From Dehalococcoidia bacterium (GTDB lineage: Bacteria; Chloroflexota; Dehalococcoidia; Bin125): DNA of 64,000 bases. The stretch covers positions 288,001-352,000 of the forward strand of contig CAXXSR010000001.1 in NCBI GenBank assembly GCA_963662615.2, given 5' to 3'. The translations under genes were made by a program, and so were the position numbers. The notes below the pieces were generated by a model. The model had not been told where the DNA came from. It did no database searches and worked only from the letters and a program-made list of their open reading frames with translations. Below are positions 57,507 through 64,000 of this stretch, one piece after another. Position 1 is the first letter of the stretch; every line of letters begins with the position of its first letter.

Positions 57507-58268
57507 CTAGCCGACGGGCGCGCCGGCCTCCGCGCCGACCTCCTGGGCGCGCTCGGCTTGCTCGTCGGCGTGGGCGCTCTCGCGGATCATCAGCCCCTCG
57601 GCGGCGCCGTCGGCGATGCGGGCGGTGATGAGGCGAACGGCGCGGATGGCGTCGTCGTTGGACGGGATCGGATAGGCGATGCCGGAGGGGTCGCAGTTCG
57701 TATCGCAGACGGCAATGATGGGGAGCTTGAGGCGGATCGCTTCGGCGACGGCGATGCTCTCCTTGGGCACATCAATGATGTAGAGCGCGCCGGGCAAGCG
57801 GGTCATGTCGCGGAGGCCGCCCACGTACCGGTGCAGGCGGCGGAGCGAGTCGCGGTGACGCAGCGCCTCCTTTTTGGGCAGGAGGTCCCAGTCGCCGGCG
57901 GCTTCGTGTCGCTCCAGCCGCAGCATGTGCTGGATCCGCTGCTGAATGGTCTGCCAGTTCGTCAAGGTGCCGCCGAGCCAGCGGTTGACCACGTAGGGCA
58001 TCTCGCAGCGCTGCGCTTCGGCCTGCACGATGTCCTGCGCCTGCTTCTTGGTCCCCACGAAGAGGATCTCGCGGCCGGAGGCGACGGTCTCCTGGGCGAA
58101 GGCGATGGCTTCCTGGAGGCGGTCCACGGTCTGGGAGAGGTCCATGATGTGGATGCCGTTGCGCGCCCCGAAGATGAACGGCTTCATTTTGGGGTTCCAG
58201 CGGCGGGTCTGATGGCCGAAGTGCACACCGGCTTCCAACAGCTCCTTCATGGTGAGTGCGTCTGGCAT
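57507..58268 (-). CDS. rpsB: 30S ribosomal protein S2
   Basis: [48 protein letters not shown]. Confidence 0.98.
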   Translation of the reverse strand: MPDALTMKELLEAGVHFGHQTRRWNPKMKPFIFGARNGIHIMDLSQTVDRLQEAIAFAQETVASGREILFVGTKKQAQDIVQAEAQRCEMPYVVNRWLGGTLTNWQTIQQRIQHMLRLERHEAAGDWDLLPKKEALRHRDSLRRLHRYVGGLRDMTRLPGALYIIDVPKESIAVAEAIRLKLPIIAVCDTNCDPSGIAYPIPSNDDAIRAVRLITARIADGAAEGLMIRESAHADEQAERAQEVGAEAGAPVG

Positions 58269-58321
58269 GGCTCCCCCGAAATGCGGCGCGGCGCGAGGCC
58301 ACGGCCGTTGCCGATCAGGCC

Positions 58322-58960
58322 GGGCCCTTCGCCCATTGACCCTTCGACTGAGCTTCGGGCAGGCAAGCTCAGGACGAGCGGGTACCGGACGGGCCGGTCA
58401 ACAAACTCCCGAGACGCGCCCGCGCAGAAGCACGGCACAAAAATGCGGCCGTCACTGGGCCGCGGTTGCCGCAACGCTCCAGGTGATGGCCTGCTGCATT
58501 ATAGGCAGTTGCCCGTCTTCGGTGCAGCCACACCGGCAGCGCCTGATCGGTCGCGACGGCGGCCCTCCCCCGTTCGGCCCTTCGGCAGGCTGAGGGCGAA
58601 CGGGGGAGGGCCGCGTTCGCCCTTCGACCCTTCGACAAGCTCAGGACAGGCGGGCTCAGGACGAACGGCTTTTTCGACGCGCGCTCGCGGGTCATGCGGG
58701 GTCGCGCCGAGATGGTGGCGGCTCGCGCCGGCGCTTGATGAGCGGGGTGGTGGCCCGTCCGTTCGACTCTTCAGCAAGCTGAGGACGAACAGGGGGCCGC
58801 GTTCGCCCCTTCGACAGGCTCAGGACGAACGGCTTTTTCGACGCGCGCTCGCGGGTCATCCGGGGTCGCGCGGTGTTGGTGGCGGCTCGCGCCGGCGCTT
58901 GATGAGCGGGGTGGTGGTCCTTCCGTTCGACCCTTCGGCCTGTCGGCATCGTCAGGACAG
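58322..58960. repeat. Cluster of REP-like palindromes, with a ~164-bp tandem duplication
   Basis: Several CCCTTCGAC(A/T)..GCTCAGGACGAACGG-type units (about 58340, 58577, 58628, 58768, 58807, 58931); long inverted repeat 58561-58612; a block starting GGCTCAGGACGAACGGCTTTTTCGACGCG occurs at 58653 and 58817. Confidence 0.85.
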
Positions 58961-59068
58961 GCGGGAGATGTCAACGATGGAATGTCGCTGCTCCGGCGGT
59001 CGGTGGTACGGTAGTTCGGCATTTCACAGTCCCGGAATCGGCGGAGCGGCGGACTGCGGAGTTGGAAC

Positions 59069-59434
59069 GTGCCACGTTACGCCTACGAATGTACGAAGTG
59101 CGGTCACAGCTTCGAGTTGCAGGAAGGCTGGGATGCCAAGCCCCGGCGCCGCTGTCCTCAGTGCCGGCGCACGGCGCAGCGCGTTTTTGCCGCCCCGGCC
59201 ATCGTGTTCAAGGGCAAAGGCTTCTACTCGACAGACAACCGGCGCCCATCCGCAGCCGCCAAAGAGGAGAGCGCGGCTGAGAGCGGCTCCGCGGAGGGAT
59301 CGCCCGGCGAGGAGAAGAAGGCCGGGGCGAAGGCGAAATCACCAGCGAAATCAACGGCGAAATCAGACGGTGGGCGCGACGGCTCCTCCAGCAAGCCGTC
59401 CAGCAAGCGGGCTGCCAAGCCGGCCAAGGACTGA
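59069..59434 (+). CDS. FmdB-family zinc-ribbon protein
   Basis: MPRYAYECTKCGHSFE...CPQC...IVFKGKGFYSTD, then a Ser/Lys/Ala-rich tail. Confidence 0.9.
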   Translation: MPRYAYECTKCGHSFELQEGWDAKPRRRCPQCRRTAQRVFAAPAIVFKGKGFYSTDNRRPSAAAKEESAAESGSAEGSPGEEKKAGAKAKSPAKSTAKSDGGRDGSSSKPSSKRAAKPAKD

Positions 59435-59488
59435 GCGGATCCCTGCGGCCGGGTTGCACTCGCCGGCGCCGGAGATGAGGCGGGCCCG

Positions 59489-59953
59489 GTGCGAGTGGTC
59501 TTGCAGCGGGTGACGCGAGGCGCCGTCAGCGTCGAGGGCGAGCCGATCGGTGCGATTGGCCGGGGCTTGGTGGCGTTGGTGGGCGTCGCGCGGGGAGACA
59601 CGGTCGCGCAGGCCGACGCCACGGCCGCCAAGATCGCCGGGCTGCGGCTCTTCGCCGACGCGGAGGGTCGATTCAGTGCCAGCCTCGCCGACGTTGGCGG
59701 GGCTGTCTTGGTCATCAGCCAGTTCACGCTCCTGGCCGACGTCCTCAAGGGGCGCCGGCCTTCGTTTGCCGAGGCAGCGCCGCCGGAGGAGGCCGAGCCG
59801 CTGGTGGAGCGGCTCGCGCAGGGGTTGGTGGAGGCGGGGATCCCGGTGGCGCGCGGGCGGTTCGGGGCGCAGATGGCGGTAGAGCTGGTTAACGACGGCC
59901 CCGTCACCATCGTGATCGACTCGGCGGACTTGGAGCGGCCTCGGCGCGGTTAG
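59489..59953 (+). CDS. dtd: D-aminoacyl-tRNA deacylase
   Basis: MRVVLQRV, SQFTL, GRRPSF, GRFGAQM, NDGPVT. Confidence 0.96.
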   Translation: MRVVLQRVTRGAVSVEGEPIGAIGRGLVALVGVARGDTVAQADATAAKIAGLRLFADAEGRFSASLADVGGAVLVISQFTLLADVLKGRRPSFAEAAPPEEAEPLVERLAQGLVEAGIPVARGRFGAQMAVELVNDGPVTIVIDSADLERPRRG

Positions 59954-59972
59954 CGGGGGCGCGATCGTCGCG

Positions 59973-60851
59973 CTAATCCACCAGGAGCTGGAGCGAGAGG
60001 TCCAGGGCCGGCACGGAGTGGGTGATGGCGCCGAGGGAGATGTAGTCAACGCCGCTGTCGGCGACGGCGGCGAGGTTCTCCAGGGTGATGCCGCCGCTGG
60101 CCTCGGTGAGGGCGCCGCGGCTACGGGCGCGTCGGACGGCCGCCGCCAGCGTCTCGGGCGCGAAGTTGTCCAGGAGGATGGCGCGGGCGCCGGCGTCGAG
60201 CGCCTCGTCCAGTTCGGCGAGCGACGTTACTTCGACCTCCACGGCGGTGGCCGGGGCTGCGCTCGCTTGGGCGGCCCGGACGGCGTCGGCCAGGGAGCCG
60301 CCGCGCGCGCGGACGGCGGCGATGTGGTTGTCCTTGATGAGAATGCCGGCGCCGAGGTTGAAGCGGTGGTTGAAGCCGCCGCCGACTTGGACGGCGTAGC
60401 GCTCCGCCGGGCGCAGCCCCGGCGTCGTCTTGCGGGTGTCGAGGATCTTGGCGCCGGTATGCGCTACGGCCTCGACGGCGGCGCCGGTCATCGTGGCGAT
60501 GCCGGAGAGGCGCTGGAGGAAGTTGAGCGCCACGCGCTCGCCGCGGAGGATGGCGTGGAGCGGGCCGGCGACTTCGGCGACGGCGTCGCCCGCCGCGACG
60601 CGGCTACCGTCGGTTGTGGCCGGGAGCCATCGCAGGCGCGGGTCGAGCAGCGCGTACGTCTCCGCGGCGAAGGGGAGGCCGCAGATGATGCCCGCCGACT
60701 TGGCCACGACCGTCCCTCGCCCCTCCTGATCGAGCGGGACGAGGGCGTCAGTGGTGAGATCGTGGCCGGCGCCGTCCTCCTCCAGAGCCATGCGCACGAG
60801 TTCTCGCACGGTGTTGCGGTCGAGGGGCGGCGGCTGGCTGGGAATCGTCAC
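59973..60851 (-). CDS. nadC: Nicotinate-nucleotide diphosphorylase (quinolinate phosphoribosyltransferase)
   Basis: ERVALNFLQRLSGIAT, DTRKTTPG, LIKDNH, EVEV, LLDN, EASGG. Confidence 0.96.
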   Translation of the reverse strand: MTIPSQPPPLDRNTVRELVRMALEEDGAGHDLTTDALVPLDQEGRGTVVAKSAGIICGLPFAAETYALLDPRLRWLPATTDGSRVAAGDAVAEVAGPLHAILRGERVALNFLQRLSGIATMTGAAVEAVAHTGAKILDTRKTTPGLRPAERYAVQVGGGFNHRFNLGAGILIKDNHIAAVRARGGSLADAVRAAQASAAPATAVEVEVTSLAELDEALDAGARAILLDNFAPETLAAAVRRARSRGALTEASGGITLENLAAVADSGVDYISLGAITHSVPALDLSLQLLVD

Positions 60852-62356
60852 GCGGCATCCCGGCGCAGGGCGAGATGGCGGCGCCAGGCTGGCGAGGGCG
60901 CGGGGTGGTCGCGACGGTGGTGCGCGCCGCGGCTCTCCTCTCGTCGCAGCGCCGCCTCGACGATGAGGCGGCCAACGAGCGCTAGGTTCGCGAGAGTCGG
61001 GTCGTCCGTGCCATCGCGCTCGGGCCAGGCGTCGATGGTGGCGGCGGCCGCCGCCAGCCCGTCGCCGTCGCGGACGATGCCGGCGCTGCGCCAGAGCAGC
61101 TCTTGGACGGCGGCCTGATCCGGCGCGACGACGTGGGTGCGGAGAGAGAGCGGCTCGACGCCGTCGGGGGAGGCGACGGGGGCGGCGTCCCGCAGTGAGG
61201 CCTGCACCGCCCGCTGCGCGAAGACGACCGTTTCCAGCAGGGAGTTGGAGGCGAGACGGTTGGCGCCGTGGACGCCGGTGTTGGCCACCTCACCGCAGGC
61301 GAGCAGCCCCGGCAACGTCGTGCGGCCCCAGGTGTCGGTGTAAACGCCGCCCATCATGTAGTGCGCGGCCGGGGCGACGGGCACGGGTTGGCGCGTGATG
61401 TCCAGCTCGTAGCGGAGGCAGTGCTGGTAGGCGCCGGGGAAGCGTGCCGCCACGAATTCCGGGTCGCGGTGGCTGATGTCGAGCAGGACGTGGTCGCTGC
61501 CGGCTGCCGCCATCTCCGCGGCGATGGCGCGCGCGACGACGTCGCGGGGGGCGAGTTCGGCGTCGGGGTGGTAGTCGGGGAGGAAGCGGCGGCCCTGGGG
61601 CGTGCGCAGGACGGCGCCCTCGCCGCGCATGGCCTCGGTCAGGAGGAAGGTGGGGGCGCCGGGCAGTCGCAGGGCGGTGGGGTGGAACTGGACGAACTCC
61701 AAGTCCCGGAGGACGGCCCCGGCCCGATAGGCCAGGGCGATGCCGTCACCGGTGGCGACGGGAGGGTTGGTGGTGAGCGTGTAGAGCCGGCCGGCGCCGC
61801 CCGTGGCGAGCACGGTCCAGCGCGCGCTGACGCTGATGGCGTGCCCGTCGGGATCGACGGCGGCGACGCTGCTCACCCGCTCCCCGTCAAGCAAGAGGGC
61901 GGTGGCCGTGTGGCGATCCAGCACATCAACTCCCGCCTCCAGGACGCGCCGCACCATCACCGTCTCAATGGCGTCGCCGGTGCGGTCGCCGCCGGCATGG
62001 AGGATGCGCGGGGCGGAGTGCGCCGCCTCGCGGGCCAGGGCGACCTCGCCGCCCTGCGCGTCGAAGGGGACACCGAGTTCGGCCAGGCGGCGGATGCGGT
62101 CCGGCGCTTCGCGCACGAGCAGCTCCACGGCGTCGCGGTCGCAGAGGCCGGCGCCCGCCTTGAGGGTGTCGCGCAGATGGGCCTGGGGCGTATCGCCGGA
62201 ACCGACGGCGGCGGCGATGCCGCCCTGGGCGTATTTCGTGTTCGATTCCTCAATGGGCCCCTTGGTGAGGACGCCGACGCGGCCGTGTTGCGCCGCCAGC
62301 AAGGCCGCGTAGAGGCCGGCGATGCCGGAGCCGAGGATGAGGTAGTCGTAGTGCAT
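60848..62356 (-). CDS. nadB: L-aspartate oxidase
   Basis: GSGIAGL, AQGGIAA, EFVQFHPT, TEAMRGEG, ELAPRDVV, GVHGANRLASNSLLE, ESRGAH. Confidence 0.96.
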   Translation of the reverse strand: MHYDYLILGSGIAGLYAALLAAQHGRVGVLTKGPIEESNTKYAQGGIAAAVGSGDTPQAHLRDTLKAGAGLCDRDAVELLVREAPDRIRRLAELGVPFDAQGGEVALAREAAHSAPRILHAGGDRTGDAIETVMVRRVLEAGVDVLDRHTATALLLDGERVSSVAAVDPDGHAISVSARWTVLATGGAGRLYTLTTNPPVATGDGIALAYRAGAVLRDLEFVQFHPTALRLPGAPTFLLTEAMRGEGAVLRTPQGRRFLPDYHPDAELAPRDVVARAIAAEMAAAGSDHVLLDISHRDPEFVAARFPGAYQHCLRYELDITRQPVPVAPAAHYMMGGVYTDTWGRTTLPGLLACGEVANTGVHGANRLASNSLLETVVFAQRAVQASLRDAAPVASPDGVEPLSLRTHVVAPDQAAVQELLWRSAGIVRDGDGLAAAAATIDAWPERDGTDDPTLANLALVGRLIVEAALRREESRGAHHRRDHPAPSPAWRRHLALRRDAA

Positions 62357-62380
62357 GGGGCGTCCGCGGCCGGGCCCGGC

Positions 62381-63607
62381 TCAGTTGATCGCGAGCATGC
62401 GCTCGAGGGCGACGGTGGCCCAGCGGCGGGTGTCGTCGTCGACGTGGATGCGGTTGACGACGCGACCGTCGAGCAGCGATTCCGTGACCCAGGCGAGGTA
62501 GGCGGGGTGAATGCGATACATGGTGGCGCAGGGGCAGACGACCGGGTCCAGGCAGAAGGCGCTCTTGCCTTCCTCCCGGACCTCATTGTTGAGGCGGTGG
62601 ACGAGGCTGATCTCGGTGCCGACGGCGTAGACGCCGGGCGGACCTTGCTTGACGTAGTTGATGATGAACTCGGTGGAGCCGTTAGCGTCGGCAGCGTCGA
62701 CGACGGGCTCCGGGCACTCGGGGTGCACCACGACCTTGCAGCCGGGATAGTCGGCGCGTGCCTTGTCAATCTGTTCCACCTTGAAGCGGACGTGAACCGA
62801 ACAGTGCCCCTGCCAGAGCAACACTTGGCTGCGCTCGATGCGATCGGGCTTGAGGCCGCCCAGCGGTTTGTGGGGGTTCCAGACGGCGGTGCGCTCCTTC
62901 ACGTTGATGCCGAGCTTCTTGGCGGTGTTGCGTCCCAGGTGTTGGTCCGGGAAGAAGAGGACGCGGTCGGCGCGCCGGAAGGCCCACTGCATGACGGCGG
63001 CGGCGTTGGACGAGGTGCAGACGGCGCCGCCGTTCTTGCCCACGAACGCCTTCAGCGAGGCGGTGGAGTTCATGTAGGTGACGGGGATCACGCTCTCCGC
63101 CGCGACGACCTCGGTCAGCTCATCCCAGGAGGCGTAGACGTCGTCGGGATCGGCCATGTCGGCCATGGAGCAGCCGGCGGCGAGGTTAGGGAGGATGACG
63201 ATCTGGTTGGGGCGGGTGAGGATGTCGGCGCTTTCGGCCATGAAGTGGACGCCGCAGAAGAGGATGAAGTCGGCGTCGGCGCGACTGGCGGCTTCGCGGG
63301 CGAGGCTGAAGGAGTCGCCGCGGAAGTCGGCGAAGCGGATCACGTCGTCGCGCTGGTAGTGATGGCCGAGGACGACCAGCCGCTCGCCCAGCAGTCGCTT
63401 GGCCGCGTCGATGCGCTCGATCAGCTCGTCGGCGGCCATGCGCAGGTAGCGCTCGGGAATGTCGGGCTGCCAGCTCTCCAGGTGCGGCTCCTGGGCGAGG
63501 GGGACGGTGGCGATGCCGTCCTCACAGTCGAAGTCGGGGAGGTTGGGTGGGAGATGCTGGGCGACGAAGTCCGTGGGCTGGATGAGCGGTTGCGTGCCGA
63601 CGGCCAT
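62381..63607 (-). CDS. nadA: Quinolinate synthase
   Basis: LGHHYQRD, FCGVHFMAE, AGCSMADM, CTSSNA, GHCSVH, HPEC, CPCATM. Confidence 0.96.
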   Translation of the reverse strand: MAVGTQPLIQPTDFVAQHLPPNLPDFDCEDGIATVPLAQEPHLESWQPDIPERYLRMAADELIERIDAAKRLLGERLVVLGHHYQRDDVIRFADFRGDSFSLAREAASRADADFILFCGVHFMAESADILTRPNQIVILPNLAAGCSMADMADPDDVYASWDELTEVVAAESVIPVTYMNSTASLKAFVGKNGGAVCTSSNAAAVMQWAFRRADRVLFFPDQHLGRNTAKKLGINVKERTAVWNPHKPLGGLKPDRIERSQVLLWQGHCSVHVRFKVEQIDKARADYPGCKVVVHPECPEPVVDAADANGSTEFIINYVKQGPPGVYAVGTEISLVHRLNNEVREEGKSAFCLDPVVCPCATMYRIHPAYLAWVTESLLDGRVVNRIHVDDDTRRWATVALERMLAIN

Positions 63608-63669
63608 CCTGGCCTCCGATCGGGTGCGCGCCTTCGGGTGGGGGGCGCAGTGGCGGGCCCGTCGCCGGT

Positions 63670-63698
63670 TGACTTAGTGTCAAAGATACACTAAGTCA
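63670..63698. promoter_or_regulatory. NrtR-type operator 1 upstream of nadABC
   Basis: TGACTTAGTGT-CAAAGAT-ACACTAAGTCA: perfect 11-bp arms with a GT-N7-AC core. Confidence 0.8.
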
Positions 63699-63726
63699 TC
63701 GCTCCCATTGTCTCGGATCGGGGCGG

Positions 63727-63747
63727 TAAGTGTCAATGGGACACGAA
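63727..63747. promoter_or_regulatory. NrtR-type operator 2
   Basis: TAAGTGT-CAATGGG-ACACGAA; same GTGT-N7-ACAC core. Confidence 0.65.
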
Positions 63748-63919
63748 GTTGGGGGGGAGGGGACGGGGTCGCGGCGGTCGCGGTTGAGCCGGTTCTTAGT
63801 GACCGTTATGCGTGATCACTCCTGCATTGTCAATAATAGCGTTACTCGTTTATTACACTAACTGGTATAGTAGTGCTTCACAAGAGTGCTGATCTCCGCT
63901 ATGGTGGTGCCGGTGGCAA

Positions 63920-64000
63920 ATGGATGTTCAGTTCGCAGACAACGATCTGGAGCGCCTGGAAGTCGATGTCGGATACACGGGCGGCTTTCCGCCAGCGCTG
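63920..64000 (+). CDS. 5' end of a HigB-like (RelE/ParE family) toxin; truncated by the window edge
   Basis: Translated by hand: MDVQFADNDLERLEVDVGYTGGFPPAL. Upstream region is AT-rich, with extended -10 TGGTATAGT (63863-63871) and an imperfect inverted repeat. Confidence 0.6.
   Translation, partial: MDVQFADNDLERLEVDVGYTGGFPPAL

Noticed and set aside
58369-59022. Small ORFs in the rpsB upstream region (PFVLSLSKG, VRPEPVEG peptides)
   Set aside because: They are translations of the REP-like repeat family, not genes.

Overview
A GC-rich (roughly 70% by eye) bacterial chromosomal segment, most likely from Chloroflexota, probably class Dehalococcoidia. That placement is inferred from the short EF-Ts, the NusA N-terminus, the F420 genes and a GAAC-N4-GTTC SOS box. 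Most of the window is housekeeping or metabolic. In order: surface lipoprotein and secreted protein genes; a polyferredoxin; an NMT1/THI5-type ABC importer divergent from the F420 genes npdG-cofE; a decayed toxin-antitoxin pair; a two-subunit CoA-transferase; a squalene/hopene cluster (prenyl synthase-shc-hpnC-hpnD-hpnE) preceded by fur, pduO and a flippase-like gene; NUDIX, ASCH and macrodomain genes; a lower-GC TIR-like gene; the suf operon; amtB-glnK; a fab cluster with two FabF genes; nusA-infB-rbfA-truB; proS; an inverted ispG; rpsB-tsf-pyrH-frr-uppS-cdsA-dxr-rseP; nadABC; and the start of a HigB-like toxin. The most notable observations are: (1) a stand-alone HTH-TIR gene with a perfect LexA-type palindrome touching its ribosome-binding site, but carrying an in-frame TAG; (2) an RseP site-2 protease with two LysM-like domains inserted after its PDZ domains; (3) the hopanoid cluster; (4) four phased 11-bp GlnR-like boxes upstream of amtB, and NrtR-type operators upstream of nadA. 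Four reading-frame lesions (two in-frame TAGs, two single-G deletions) may be assembly errors. No rRNA, tRNA, CRISPR array, transposase or prophage was recognised. All calls come from motif recognition by eye; no database searches were run.
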